Origin: Burkholderiaceae bacterium
GTDB taxonomy: Bacteria > Pseudomonadota > Gammaproteobacteria > Burkholderiales > Burkholderiaceae_E
Length of the DNA stretch: 64,000 nucleotides
NCBI GenBank assembly: GCA_024637155.1
Contig: JAGXFR010000060.1
Coordinates: 2,464-66,463 of the forward strand
Direction: 5' to 3'
A program made the position numbers and the translations under genes. The notes beneath the pieces were generated by a model, which made no database searches, was not told the DNA's origin, and saw nothing but the letters and a program-made list of their open reading frames with translations. Position 1 is the stretch's first letter; every line of letters begins with the position of its first letter. Below, one piece after another: positions 52,134 to 64,000 of this stretch.

Positions 52134-53011
52134 AACGGGTCGTTCTCTTTCTCGCCACCAACCTGGCGGTCGTCCTCATCCTCTCGCTCAGCATGCGCCT
52201 GCTGGGCGTGGAGCCCTATCTCACGGCGCAGGGCCTGAACCTGAACTCGCTGCTGGTCTTCGCCGCGATCATGGGCTTCGGGGGCTCGCTGATCTCCCTG
52301 GCGCTGTCCAAGTGGATGGCCAAGAGATCGGTGGGCGCCCGCGTGATCGTGGAAGCCCGCACGCCCACCGAGCAGTGGCTGCTGCAGACCGTCGCGCGCC
52401 AGGCCGAGGCCGCGGGCATCCGCATGCCTGAAGTGGCCATCTGGGATTCGCCCGACGTGAACGCCTTCGCCACCGGCATGATGAAGAACAGCGCGCTGGT
52501 CGCGGTCTCCACTGGCCTGCTGCAGCGCATGACGCGCGAAGAGGCCGGGGCGGTGCTGGGTCACGAAGTGGCCCACGTCGCCAATGGCGACATGGTGACC
52601 CTGGCGCTGATTCAAGGGGTGGTCAACACCTTCGTGCTGTTCCTCTCGCGGGTGATCGGGCAGACCGTGGACAAGCTGATTTTCAAGACGGAGAATGGCC
52701 ATGGTCCGGCATTCTGGATCACGGTCGTCATCGCCGACGTCGTGCTGGGCATTCTCGCGTCGATCATTGTGATGTGGTTCTCGCGCCAGCGCGAATTCCG
52801 GGCCGACGCGGGCGGAGCGCATCTGGCGGGGCGCGGTGCGATGATCGCCGCGCTGGAGCGCCTGTCGAGCCTGCATCCACAGCCGTTGCCCGACAAGATG
52901 GCCGCCTTCGGCATCAGCGGCGGCGGCGCATCGGGACTCAAGCGCCTGTTCATGACCCACCCGCCGCTGGAAGAGCGCATCGCCGCGCTCAAAGCCAGTG
53001 TGGCACCCTGA
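52130..53011 (+). CDS. htpX: Membrane zinc metalloprotease HtpX
   Basis: [15 protein letters not shown], then the HEVAH zinc motif ([13 protein letters not shown]) and a C-terminal HPPLEERI. The ATG overlaps the terC stop (ATGA). Confidence 0.9.
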   Translation: MKRVVLFLATNLAVVLILSLSMRLLGVEPYLTAQGLNLNSLLVFAAIMGFGGSLISLALSKWMAKRSVGARVIVEARTPTEQWLLQTVARQAEAAGIRMPEVAIWDSPDVNAFATGMMKNSALVAVSTGLLQRMTREEAGAVLGHEVAHVANGDMVTLALIQGVVNTFVLFLSRVIGQTVDKLIFKTENGHGPAFWITVVIADVVLGILASIIVMWFSRQREFRADAGGAHLAGRGAMIAALERLSSLHPQPLPDKMAAFGISGGGASGLKRLFMTHPPLEERIAALKASVAP

Positions 53012-53068
53012 GCGGCGAACCCCGCGGAGCGCGCGTGCGCGCATTCATCTTCATCGAGACCCGACACC

Positions 53069-53296
53069 ATGAGAGCCAAAGCCAGGAAGGACATCCAGAA
53101 GAGCTATCCATTGCCGCAGTTCATCGCCAAACTGCGGCGTCTGGCCGATGCGCTGGAACGCGACCGGCGCTTCGAAATCCAGATCGACGGTGAGCGGATC
53201 TCGGTGCCCGCGCGCGCAGTGTACAACGTCGAGCACGAACGAACGCAGAAGGACGAGGAGATCGAGTTCCAGATCAAGTGGTCCAACCCGCGGTAG
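53069..53296 (+). CDS. Amphi-Trp domain-containing small protein
   Basis: 75 aa. LPQFIAKLRRLADALERDRRFEIQIDGERISVPARAVYNVEHERTQKDEEIEFQIKW matches the amphi-Trp pattern as I remember it. Confidence 0.65.
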   Translation: MRAKARKDIQKSYPLPQFIAKLRRLADALERDRRFEIQIDGERISVPARAVYNVEHERTQKDEEIEFQIKWSNPR

Positions 53297-53352
53297 GCAG
53301 GCACTGCATGCGCGCGCTGGGCGCGCGCGGCGAGTAGGCGGCGAGTGGGCGG

Positions 53353-53949
53353 CTACGAGGCGGTCAGCGCCCGCGCCACCTGCTCCAGCCGGTCGTGGCC
53401 CCAGAACATCTTCTCGCCCACGAAGAAGGTCGGCGCGCCGAACACGCCGCTCGTGACCGCCACTTCGGTGGCGCCGCGCAGCAGGTCCTTGATCTCCTGG
53501 TCCGCCGCGAGGGCGAGCAATTCCCCGGCGTCGAACCCGGCGGCTTCGAGCACCGATGAGAACTCCGCGGGATCCGCGAGGTTGCGGCCGCCCACCCACA
53601 TCGCGTTGAACGCCGCCGTGAGATACGCGGGAAACTCCGCCGGGCGACGCGCGAGCATGCCGGTGGCGACGCGCATCGCGGTGAGCGTGTTGACCGGGAA
53701 GTGCGGATTGAGCCGGAATGCGACGCCGAGCGCCTGTGCGCAGCGCGCCAGATCGTCCTCGACCCAGCGCATCTTGGCGGGAACCTCCACCGGGGATTGG
53801 TTTTTCGCGGCCTTGATCACCGCGCCGAGCAGGACCGGGCGCCAGACGATTCGTGCGCCGGCAGCGTCGGCTACCGCGGGCAGCGCGTGCCACGCGAGAT
53901 AGGTGTACGGGCTGCCGACGTCGAAAAAGAACTCCACTTTCCGGTCCAT
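53353..53949 (-). CDS. 2-hydroxychromene-2-carboxylate isomerase family (DsbA-like thioredoxin fold) protein
   Basis: 198 aa starting MDRKVEFFFDVGSPYTYLA and ending GVFGAPTFFVGEKMFWGHDRL. It is the C-terminal part of a long artefactual ORF. Confidence 0.75.
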   Translation of the reverse strand: MDRKVEFFFDVGSPYTYLAWHALPAVADAAGARIVWRPVLLGAVIKAAKNQSPVEVPAKMRWVEDDLARCAQALGVAFRLNPHFPVNTLTAMRVATGMLARRPAEFPAYLTAAFNAMWVGGRNLADPAEFSSVLEAAGFDAGELLALAADQEIKDLLRGATEVAVTSGVFGAPTFFVGEKMFWGHDRLEQVARALTAS

Positions 53950-53975
53950 CACCTGTCCCTCGCGTCCCGTTTGCC

Positions 53976-55406
53976 TCAGGCCATCTGCGTGATGAACTTG
54001 GTGTTCAGGTAACCGTCGAAGGTCTCGGTGCCGCCCTCGCTGCCGTACCCGCTGTCCTTGATGCCGCCGAACGGCGTCTCGGCCAGTGCCATCCCGAAGT
54101 GGTTGATGTTGACCATCCCCGCCTCGAGTCCGTTGGAGATCAGGTGCGCGTTGCGCAGCGAGGTCGTGAACGCGTACGAGGCCAACCCGTAGGGCAGCCG
54201 GTTGGCACGCGCGAGCGCCTCTTCGAGCGAGTCGAAGCGCGTCACCGGGATCACCGGGCCGAAGGGCTCGCTGGTCATCACCATCGCGTCGTCGGGCACC
54301 TCGGCGAGCACGGTCGGCGCGAAGAAGTTGCCGCGCTCCCCGATGCGCGCGCCTCCCGTCAGCACCGTGGCGCCGCGCTCGCTCGCGTCGCCGACGAATT
54401 CGCCCATCGAGGTGACGCGCCGCGCGTGGGCAAGCGGACCCATCCGGGTCGCGGGATCGGTGCCGTCGCCGACCTTGATCTTCTCGGCCGCTGCGACGAA
54501 GGTCTCGACGAATCGCTCGTACGCGGGCTTGCCGACGTAGATGCGTGACGGCGACACGCACACCTGCCCGGCGTTGCGGAACTTGAGCGCCGCGACCATC
54601 TTGGCCGAGCGCTCGAGGTCCGCGTCGTCGCACACGATCACCGGCGAGTGCCCGCCGAGTTCCATCGTGCAGCGTTTCATCAGGGAGCCGGCCAACGCGG
54701 CCAGCTGCTTGCCCACCGGCACCGAACCGGTGAAGGAGATCTTGCGCACGATCGGCGAGTGGATCAGATACTCGGACACCTCGTGCGGCACGCCCCAGAC
54801 GACATTCAGGCAGCCCGCGGGCAGACCCGCGTCGTGGAACAGGCGCGCCAGTGCCACCACGGCGCTGGGCGCGTCCTCGGGTCCCTTGACGATGATCGTG
54901 CAGCCGGCGCCGAGCGCCGCGACGATCTTGCGGATCGCCTGGTTGAAGGGGAAGTTCCACGGCGTGAACGCCGCACACACGCCGATGGGCTCGCGCACGA
55001 CCAGCTGGCGCACCCCGTCCAGGCGCGGCGGGATCACGCGTCCATAGATGCGCCGGCACTCCTCGGCGTGCCAGTCGGCGTGCTCGGCGCAGGTGGTGAC
55101 CTCGCCGATGGCTTCCGCAAGCGGCTTGCCCTGGTCGAGCGTGATGTTGCGGCCGATCGCTTCGGCGCGCTCGCGGGTGAGGGTGCCGACCTTGCGCAGG
55201 ATCGCCGAGCGCTCCAGCGGCGAGGTCTTGCGCCAGGTTTCGAAGGCGCGCTGCGCCGCGGCGAGCGCCCGATCGAGGTCCTCGGTGCTCGCGTGCGGCA
55301 GCTTGCCCAGCACCTCGTCGGTGGCCGGGTTGAGCACGTCCTGCTCGCGCCGCCCGCCGCCCCGGATGAATTCCCCGTCGATGTAGAGGCCCAGTTCTTC
55401 GTACAT
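53976..55406 (-). CDS. NAD(P)+-dependent aldehyde dehydrogenase (succinate-semialdehyde dehydrogenase-like)
   Basis: 476 aa starting [13 protein letters not shown]. Motifs [26 protein letters not shown] and [11 protein letters not shown] (catalytic Cys). Confidence 0.85.
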   Translation of the reverse strand: MYEELGLYIDGEFIRGGGRREQDVLNPATDEVLGKLPHASTEDLDRALAAAQRAFETWRKTSPLERSAILRKVGTLTRERAEAIGRNITLDQGKPLAEAIGEVTTCAEHADWHAEECRRIYGRVIPPRLDGVRQLVVREPIGVCAAFTPWNFPFNQAIRKIVAALGAGCTIIVKGPEDAPSAVVALARLFHDAGLPAGCLNVVWGVPHEVSEYLIHSPIVRKISFTGSVPVGKQLAALAGSLMKRCTMELGGHSPVIVCDDADLERSAKMVAALKFRNAGQVCVSPSRIYVGKPAYERFVETFVAAAEKIKVGDGTDPATRMGPLAHARRVTSMGEFVGDASERGATVLTGGARIGERGNFFAPTVLAEVPDDAMVMTSEPFGPVIPVTRFDSLEEALARANRLPYGLASYAFTTSLRNAHLISNGLEAGMVNINHFGMALAETPFGGIKDSGYGSEGGTETFDGYLNTKFITQMA

Positions 55407-55534
55407 GATTGTCCCTTTCTGGCTGTCTGGTCTGTCGGATTTGGCGTTCATCATCGGCGAAGGAATGCCGCGAGGCAAATCCGGCCCGGCGGAACCGCGC
55501 CGGGTGCGCGGGTACTCGGGTGCGCGGGCAATCG

Positions 55535-56848
55535 CTATCGAGAAACGACGATGCGGCCGCCGACCGCCACCCAGTCGATGGCGAGCGGCTCGCCGCCGAA
55601 CATCGCCGCGCCGAGCCGCGGTTCGCCGCGCTCGCTGCCGGCATCGCGCTCGGGCGCAGATGCGCGCAGCGCCAGGAGGTCGGCCCGCGCGCCGGGCGTG
55701 ATCGTCCCTGCGGCTCTCCCGGTGGCACCGCCACCGCCTGCCGCCTGTTCCCAGAGCCACTCGGCGATCTCGGTTCCCGCCGGGCGCGCCTCGAAGTTGC
55801 GGCGCCGGCGCACGAGACGTTGACCGTACTCGAGCAGGCGTAGTTCTTCGAGCGGGTCGCGGCAGACGTTGGAGTCGCTGCCGATTCCCCAGCGACCGCG
55901 CGCGGTCGCGTATTCGGGAAAGCGGAACAGTCCGTCGCCGAGGCTGGCCTCGGTGCTCGGGCAGATCGACACCGTGGCGCCGCTCGCGGCCAGCGCGGCC
56001 ACCTCGGCATCGTCGAGGTGCGTCGCGTGCACGACGGTCCAGCGCTCGTCGATCCCGACCGTATCGAGCAGCAGCTGGATCGGGCGGCGTCCGGTGGCGG
56101 CGACGCATTCCTCGACCTCGCGGAGCTGCTCGGCCGCATGCACGTGGAAGGGGCCCGATCCGGGTGTTTCGTTGACGAGCCGGCGGATCTCGAGGGGCTC
56201 TGCGGCGCGCAGCGAATGCGCAGCGGCGCCGATCACCAACTCCGGGTGTTCGAGCGGCTTGAGCGCGTGGACGATCTCCAGCACGAAGTCCGCGTCCGCG
56301 GCGAAACGCCGCTGTGCGGGGGACAGTTCCCGGCGTCCGAAGCCGCCATGGTGATAGAGCACGGGCAGCAGGGTCAGCGCGATTCCGGTGCGCTGCGCGG
56401 CGGCGATCAGCCGGCGTGACAACTCGGCGGGATCGCCGTAGCGTTGGCCATCCGGATCACGGTGGACGTAGTGAAACTCGCATACCGACGTGTAACCGTG
56501 GCGGAGCATCTCCGCGTACGCCTGAACCGCGATCGCCTCGAAGGCCTCGGGATCGAGCGCGGCCACGTGCCGGTACATCGCCTCGCGCCAGGACCAGAAA
56601 TCGTCGTCGGGGCCCGACGCGCGCTCGGTGAGGCCGGCGAAAGCGCGCTGGAACGCGTGGCAGTGCGTGTTCGCCATTCCCGGCAATACCCGGCCCACTC
56701 GCTCGTCGCCGGGCGCGGGGGCGCTTCCGGGCGTGACCGCGCCGATGCTGCCATCCGGATCGATGGTGATGCGCACGTCGCGTGCCCAGGCCCCGGGGAG
56801 CCGTGCATGCGCGGCGTGGAGCGCGCGGATTTTCCTTCGTTCGGTCAT
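55535..56848 (-). CDS. hutF: Formimidoylglutamate deiminase
   Basis: Amidohydrolase-superfamily protein ([26 protein letters not shown]) in hut context, adjacent to hutI and hutG. Confidence 0.8.
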   Translation of the reverse strand: MTERRKIRALHAAHARLPGAWARDVRITIDPDGSIGAVTPGSAPAPGDERVGRVLPGMANTHCHAFQRAFAGLTERASGPDDDFWSWREAMYRHVAALDPEAFEAIAVQAYAEMLRHGYTSVCEFHYVHRDPDGQRYGDPAELSRRLIAAAQRTGIALTLLPVLYHHGGFGRRELSPAQRRFAADADFVLEIVHALKPLEHPELVIGAAAHSLRAAEPLEIRRLVNETPGSGPFHVHAAEQLREVEECVAATGRRPIQLLLDTVGIDERWTVVHATHLDDAEVAALAASGATVSICPSTEASLGDGLFRFPEYATARGRWGIGSDSNVCRDPLEELRLLEYGQRLVRRRRNFEARPAGTEIAEWLWEQAAGGGGATGRAAGTITPGARADLLALRASAPERDAGSERGEPRLGAAMFGGEPLAIDWVAVGGRIVVSR

Positions 56849-56957
56849 GACGCGAGTGTAGGGGCTTGGCGTGTGCGGCTCAAATCACACGTGCACACCA
56901 TTGGGGTACTCTTGCGCCCAGCGCCAGCCATTCACAGGCGCGACCGGAGTTCGCACC

Positions 56958-58169
56958 ATGACGCAGGGTCGCATCATTCACGCGCGCATCGCCCCGTGCA
57001 CCCCATCCGGCGCGCCGTTGATCGAGCGCGGTTTCCTCTCCTGGCGCGACGGGCGTATCACCGCGCTCGGGCCGATGAGCGAGATCGCGCAGGACCCGAA
57101 CCGCGGCCCCTTCGCCGAAATCGATGCCGGCGGCGCGTTGGTCACGCCCGGACTCATCGACTGCCACACGCACCTCGTGCACGCGGGCAACCGCGCACGG
57201 GAGTTCGAGCAGCGCCTCGAAGGGGCGAGCTACGAGCAGATCGCCCGCGCCGGCGGAGGCATCGTCGCCACGGTTGCCGCGACCCGCTCCGCCTCCGAAA
57301 CCGAGCTCCTGGCAGCCAGTCGCCCGCGCCTCGCAGCCTTGCTCGCCGACGGCGTAACCACGGTCGAGATCAAGTCGGGCTATGGGCTCGACCTCGCGAC
57401 CGAGGCGCGCCAGCTGCGCGTCGCGCGTCGCCTCGCCGCCGAGCTGAACGTCGGGGTGCGCACGACCTTCCTGGGCGCGCACGCGCTGCCGCCGGAGTTT
57501 GCCGGGCGCCCGGACGACTACATCGATTTCGTCTGCGCGCAGGTGCTGCCTGCCATCGCCATCGAGGGGCTTGCCGACGCGGTTGACGCGTTCTGCGAGG
57601 GGATCGGCTTCACGCCGCAGCAGACGCGACGCGTGTTCGCAGCGGCACGCGCGCTGGGACTTCCCGTCAAGCTGCACGCCGACCAGCTCTCGGACCTGGG
57701 TGGCGCTGGGCTCGCCGCCGAGTTCGGCGCGCTCTCGGCCGATCACATCGAGTACGCGAGCGAGGCGTCGGTGGCTGCGATGGCCCGCGCCGGCACCGTC
57801 GCGGTGCTGCTGCCGGGGGCGTTCTACTTCCTGCGCGAGACGCGTCTTCCACCGCTCGGGGCGCTGCGTCGTCACCGCGTGCCGATCGCCATCGCCACCG
57901 ACTGCAACCCGGGATCGTCGCCGTGCACCTCGCTGCTGCTGATGCTCAACATGGCCTGCACGCTGTTCCGGATGACGCCCTCGGAAGCACTGGCGGGCGT
58001 CACCCGCAACGCCGCGCTGGCGCTGGGCATCGGGGCCACCCATGGAACGCTCGCCCCGGGGATGCAGGCGGATATCGCGATCTGGGATGCCGAGTCCCCC
58101 GCTGAACTGAGCTACGCGTTCGGCGGACGGCGGTTGCGCCAGCGCATCAGCGCGGGCCGGCCCATTTGA
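56958..58169 (+). CDS. hutI: Imidazolonepropionase
   Basis: Start MTQGRI. Motifs [31 protein letters not shown] and [10 protein letters not shown]. Confidence 0.9.
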   Translation: MTQGRIIHARIAPCTPSGAPLIERGFLSWRDGRITALGPMSEIAQDPNRGPFAEIDAGGALVTPGLIDCHTHLVHAGNRAREFEQRLEGASYEQIARAGGGIVATVAATRSASETELLAASRPRLAALLADGVTTVEIKSGYGLDLATEARQLRVARRLAAELNVGVRTTFLGAHALPPEFAGRPDDYIDFVCAQVLPAIAIEGLADAVDAFCEGIGFTPQQTRRVFAAARALGLPVKLHADQLSDLGGAGLAAEFGALSADHIEYASEASVAAMARAGTVAVLLPGAFYFLRETRLPPLGALRRHRVPIAIATDCNPGSSPCTSLLLMLNMACTLFRMTPSEALAGVTRNAALALGIGATHGTLAPGMQADIAIWDAESPAELSYAFGGRRLRQRISAGRPI

Positions 58170-58962
58170 GTGCGGCCGCGAGCATCGCCGCGAGGAGCGG
58201 CGCGGTGCGCTGCGCGAGCTCGGGCCGGTACGCGAAGGGCGGCTCCTCGTCCATGTAGCAGCGCTGGCTCATCTCGAGCTGGATCGCGTGGATGCCGGCG
58301 TCCGGGGAACCGTAGCGGCGCGTGATGAAGCCGCCCTTGAAGCGCCCGTTGCACACCCAGTCGACACTGCGCTGCGCGGCGAGTACGTCGGTCACCGCGG
58401 CCTCGAGCGCCGGTGCGCAGCTCAAGCCGTCCACCGTACCCAGATTGAGCGCGGGCAGCAGCCCGTCGAAGAAGCGGGGCACGCGCGAGGCGATCGAGTG
58501 GGCGTCCCACAGCACGACGCGCCTGTGCGCGCGGCGCAGGCGCGCGAGCTCGCCCTGCAAAGCCTCGTGGTAGGGCTGCCAGTAACGCTCGCGCCGCGCG
58601 TCGATCTCCGCAGCGTCGGGCGCCTCGCCCGCCATGTACAGCGGTTCGCCGGCGAAGGTGTCGATCGGCACCAGCGAAGTCGTGTCCTGTCCCGGATAGA
58701 GGTTCTCATTGTCGGGCGGGCGGTTCAGATCGATCACGTAGCGCGAGTGCGTCGCCACGAGCGTCGAGGCGCCCAGTTCGCGCACGAAGGCGTAGAGACG
58801 CGGCAGGTGCCAGTCGGTGTCGGCGAGCACGCGCGCAAACGGCGTCATGCGCCGCGCGATTTCCTCGGGGAGTCCTTCGCCGGAATGCGGGAAGGAAACA
58901 AGCAGCGGTGCCGTACCCGGATGGAGTTCGAAGCAGGGCAGGGTCATGGTCGAGTCCACCAA
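58147..58962 (-). CDS. hutG: N-formylglutamate deformylase
   Basis: [23 protein letters not shown] and LWDAHS motifs. The start may be the Met at 58947. The 3' end overlaps the hutI 3' end by 23 nt. Confidence 0.85.
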   Translation of the reverse strand: MVDSTMTLPCFELHPGTAPLLVSFPHSGEGLPEEIARRMTPFARVLADTDWHLPRLYAFVRELGASTLVATHSRYVIDLNRPPDNENLYPGQDTTSLVPIDTFAGEPLYMAGEAPDAAEIDARRERYWQPYHEALQGELARLRRAHRRVVLWDAHSIASRVPRFFDGLLPALNLGTVDGLSCAPALEAAVTDVLAAQRSVDWVCNGRFKGGFITRRYGSPDAGIHAIQLEMSQRCYMDEEPPFAYRPELAQRTAPLLAAMLAAALKWAGPR

Positions 58963-58984
58963 AGAGTGCGCGCGGCGGGCTTCG

Positions 58985-60693
<1,709 letters not shown>

Positions 60694-60697
<4 letters not shown>

Positions 60698-62286
60698 TTC
60701 ATCCTCCCTGCGTCGCCTCCGGGGGCGCGTCCAGCGTCATCGATTTGCGGCGCGTCGGCGAGCGTCCAGCCCGGGCCATCGACGCATGCCAGCGTTCCGT
60801 CGAGCACGAGGCGGCGCACTGCCTCGATATCCGGCGCGAGCGCGCGGTCCTCGTCCATGGCCGGCACCGCCGCGCGCAGCGCCGCGTGGAGCCGTTCAAG
60901 GGGCGCGGAGCTGCGCAGCGGACGGCGAAAGTCCAGCGCCTGCGCCGCGCACAGCCATTCGATCGCGATCACCGCCGCGCAGTTCTCGACCATCGTCGCG
61001 AGGCGGCGCGCGCCGTGCGTCGCCATCGACACGTGGTCTTCCTGGTTGGCCGAGGTCGGGATCGAATCGACGCTCGCGGGAAAGGCGAGCGTCTTGTTCT
61101 CCGAGACCAGCGCCGCGGCCGTCACCTGCGCCAGCATGAACCCGGAATGGACCCCGCCGTCGCGGGTCAGGAACGCAGGCAGTCCGGAGAGCGCCGGGTC
61201 CATCAGCATGGCGATGCGGCGCTCGGCCAGCGAGCCGATCTCGCAGATCCCAAGCGCAAGATTGTCGGCGGCGAAGGCGACCGGCTCGGCGTGGAAATTC
61301 CCACCCGAGATCACTTCGCCCGTGTCGGCGAAGACCAGCGGGTTGTCGGAAACGCCATTCGCTTCGGCGATGAGAACTCCGGCCGCGTGGCGAATCTGAT
61401 CGAGGCATGCCCCCATCACCTGAGGCTGGCAGCGCAGGCAGTACGGGTCCTGCACCTTCTCGCAGTGCTGGTGCGAGGCGCGCAAGGGACTCGCGGCGAT
61501 CAGCGCGCGAAACATTGCGGCCACGCGCTGCTGGCCAGGCTGATTGCGCAGCGCCTGAATGCGCGCATCGAACGGGGCGTCACTGCCGCAGGCCGCGTCG
61601 AGCGTCAGCGCGCCGGCGCCGATCGCCGCAGCCATGACCCGCTCGAGGCGCAGCCACGACCAGAGCGAGAGCGAGGTCGAGACCTGCGTTCCGTTGAGCA
61701 GCGCGAGGCCCTCCTTGGGACCCAGCACGAGGGCGGTGAGGCCGTGTTCACGCAGCGCCTGCGCCCCCGCGGCCGGCGCACGTTCGCCAAGCACCTCGCC
61801 TTCGCCGATCAGCACCGCCGCGAGATGCGCGAGCGGCGCCAGATCGCCGCTTGCCCCGACCGAGCCCTGGGACGGGATCGCCGGCAGCAGGTCGGCGTTG
61901 AGCAGTTCCAGCAGTGCCTGCACGGTGACCGGTCGGACCCCGGAAAAACCCTGCGCGAGGCTCGCCGCCTTGAGCAGCAGGATCAGGCGCACGACCTCGG
62001 GCTCGAGCGCAGGGCCAACGCCGGCGCTGTGCGAAAGGACGATGTTGCGCTGAAGCTGCGCGAGTCGCTCGGGCGCAATCCGGGTCTGCGCGAGCTTGCC
62101 GAAGCCCGTATTGATGCCGTAGATCGGAGCGCCGGTGCCCAGGATGGCGGCCACCGCAGCAGCGCTGTCCTCGATCCGGCGCAGCGCCTCCGGACCGATC
62201 GTGCAGCGCAGGCGCCCCGTCGCGCAGGCATGCATCACGCGGGGTTCGAGGGCTCCGGCGGAGAGTTCGTATGCGGGTTGGTCCAT
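60694..62286 (-). CDS. hutH: Histidine ammonia-lyase
   Basis: 530 aa. [15 protein letters not shown] is the MIO-forming ASG triad. The stop overlaps the hutU start. Confidence 0.95.
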
Positions 62287-62451
62287 TGCCAGGGGCGCGC
62301 GTGCGTGTGTCCCACAGCGGTTGTCCGGGGACGACTTCCTAGTCTACACTCGCCCCTTCCCGGGTGGTCCCCGAGGCATGCGGCGCTGGCGCATGCCGCC
62401 GGCGATCGCGTGACGGGCACGACCAGCTGTTTTCCGAGAGAGGGGAACGAC

Positions 62452-63405
62452 ATGAACAAGTGGATTCGGACCGGTGTTGGGGTGGCGCTTGCAGCCATGC
62501 TCGGGGTTGCCGCAGCGCAGGAGACGAAAGTCGTCGTCGGGATGTCCGGTTGGACCGGCTTCGCCCCGCTGACGCTGGCGCGCGAGGCGGGGCTGTTCAA
62601 GAAGCACGGCCTCGACGTGACGATCAAGAAGATTCCGCAAAAAGATCGCCACCTGGCAATCGCCTCGGGCGACGTGCAGTGCGCCGCGACGACGGTCGAG
62701 ACGTGGATCGTCTGGAACGCCAACGGCGTCGCCACGACGCAGATCTTCCAGCTCGACAAGAGCTTCGGCGCCGACGGCATGGCGGTGCGCAGCGACATCC
62801 AGAAGATCTCCGATCTGCGCGGCCGCACGGTCGCCGCTTCGGCGCCCGGCACTTCACCGTATTTCGGATTGGCCTGGATGCTCAAGAAGAACGGGCTCTC
62901 GCTCAAGGACATCAAGATCGTCAGCCTCGAGCCGCAGGCCGCCGCCAGCGCGTTCGTTGCCGGCACGGCCGGCCTCGACGCCGCGATGACCTACGAGCCC
63001 TACCTCTCGAGCGTACGCGCCGCGCCGCAGGCCGGGCGGATCATCGCCACGACGCTCGACTACCCGATGGTGCTCGACACCTTCGGCTGCACGCCGAAGT
63101 TCCTCAAGGAGAATCCCAAAGCCGCCAAGGCGCTGGCCGACGGCTACTTCGACGCGCTCGAAATGATCAAGAGCGACCCGAAGCGCAGCTACGAGATCAT
63201 GGGGGCGGACGTGAAGCAGACCGGCGAAGCCTTCGAGAAATCACAGGCGTACCTGCGCTGGCAGGATCGCGCCGCGAACCAGAAGTTCTTCGCCGGCGAG
63301 TTCCAGTCCTTCACGAAGGAAGCGGCCGACCTGCTGCTCGAGATCGGGGTCATTCGTTCGATCCCCGACCTGAGCACGCTCGCCGACACGAGCTTCATCA
63401 AGTAG
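62452..63405 (+). CDS. ABC transporter periplasmic substrate-binding protein (NitT/TauT/NMT1-like)
   Basis: Start MNKWIRTGVGVALAAMLGVAAAQE (signal peptide), then a VVVGMSGWTGFAPLTLA pattern typical of aliphatic sulfonate/nitrate-type SBPs. Ligand unknown. Confidence 0.7.
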   Translation: MNKWIRTGVGVALAAMLGVAAAQETKVVVGMSGWTGFAPLTLAREAGLFKKHGLDVTIKKIPQKDRHLAIASGDVQCAATTVETWIVWNANGVATTQIFQLDKSFGADGMAVRSDIQKISDLRGRTVAASAPGTSPYFGLAWMLKKNGLSLKDIKIVSLEPQAAASAFVAGTAGLDAAMTYEPYLSSVRAAPQAGRIIATTLDYPMVLDTFGCTPKFLKENPKAAKALADGYFDALEMIKSDPKRSYEIMGADVKQTGEAFEKSQAYLRWQDRAANQKFFAGEFQSFTKEAADLLLEIGVIRSIPDLSTLADTSFIK

Positions 63406-63423
63406 CCGCCCGACGCGATCGAA

Positions 63424-64000
63424 TTGAAGCCACTGCGACCCGTCGCACCCGGGGCGAAGATCGTCCTGGGCGTTTCCTTCTTCGTGATCTTCGTCGCGAT
63501 CTGGAGCGCGTTCACCTTCAGCGGCTACGTCTCGAAGACCTTTCTCGCAGACCCGCTGCAGATGCTGCGCGCCGGCTGGGAACTGATGACCCTGCACGGC
63601 TTCGCGTTCGACATCGGGATGACGGTCTGGCGCGTGGTGGGCGGCTTCGTGATTGCCGCCGCGCTGGCCGTGCCGCTCGGTGTCGCAATGGGCGCCTACA
63701 AGCCGATCGAGGCCTTCTTCGAACCCTTCGTCTCTTTCGCGCGCTATCTGCCGGCCTCGGCGTTCATCCCGCTGTTGATCCTGTGGGCCGGCATCGGTGA
63801 GGCGCAGAAGCTGTCGCTGATCTTCATCGGGTCATTCTTCCAGATCGTACTGATGGTTGCGGTGACGGTGGGCAATACGCGACGTGACCTGGTGGAGGCC
63901 GCGTACACGCTCGGGGCATCGGACCGGGGGGTCGTCCGGCGCGTGCTGCTGCCCAGCGCCGCGCCCGAGATCGCCGAGACGCTGCGGCTCGTGCTCGGCT
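63424..64000 (+). CDS. ABC transporter permease (partial, runs off the window)
   Basis: My own translation of the frame opening after the SBP stop gives LKPLRPVAPGAKIVLGVSFFVIFVAIWSAF...FARYLPASAFIPLLILWAGIGEAQKL...EAAYTLGAS, which includes the EAA-loop motif. There is no ATG, so the TTG at 63424 is assumed. Not listed in the ORF track. Confidence 0.7.
   Translation, partial: MKPLRPVAPGAKIVLGVSFFVIFVAIWSAFTFSGYVSKTFLADPLQMLRAGWELMTLHGFAFDIGMTVWRVVGGFVIAAALAVPLGVAMGAYKPIEAFFEPFVSFARYLPASAFIPLLILWAGIGEAQKLSLIFIGSFFQIVLMVAVTVGNTRRDLVEAAYTLGASDRGVVRRVLLPSAAPEIAETLRLVLG

Noticed and set aside
53297-53352. Terminator between the convergent amphi-Trp and HCCA-isomerase genes (CGCGCGC-TGGG-CGCGCGCG)
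   Set aside because: It is a GC hairpin without a flanking T/A tract on either strand. This is too weak to call in DNA where such self-complementary GC runs are common.

Overview
This is a high-GC (about 70% by eye) chromosomal segment. Gene content and protein sequences look like a Betaproteobacterium of the Burkholderiales type, but that placement is inference. I call about 55 genes.

Most of the window is core housekeeping:
- an initiator tRNA-fMet, scpB and rluB, followed by the rimP-nusA-infB-rbfA-truB operon and typA
- ppdK, hrpA, argA, yggX, rpiA and dinB
- a tight nudix-aat-bpt-pyrD-radical SAM string
- phasin, abfD, and an NhaR-like regulator with terC-htpX
- a five-step histidine utilisation cluster (hutF, hutI, hutG, hutU, hutH) next to an ABC importer

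I found no CRISPR array, no transposase or integrase, and no recognisable defence, toxin-antitoxin or secretion system.

Two regions stand out:
1. The left ~9 kb is clearly lower in G+C and contains a degenerate tRNA-Asn 3' fragment. It carries a fused glucosylglycerol-phosphate phosphatase/synthase (ggpPS-like), then four translationally coupled genes (PfkB kinase, GH4 glycosidase, PIG-L/LmbE deacetylase, SIS protein), then an MscS channel. The partnership of those four genes with ggpPS is the best candidate here for an undescribed pathway.
2. A ~630-bp imperfect palindrome lies in the non-coding gap between typA and ppdK. It has ~120-bp arms, each containing a tandem sub-repeat.

Limits: many long R/A/P-rich ORFs in the track are antisense or off-frame artefacts of high G+C and are not called. 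Start codons are often uncertain. All family assignments come from motifs and remembered homologues, not from database searches.
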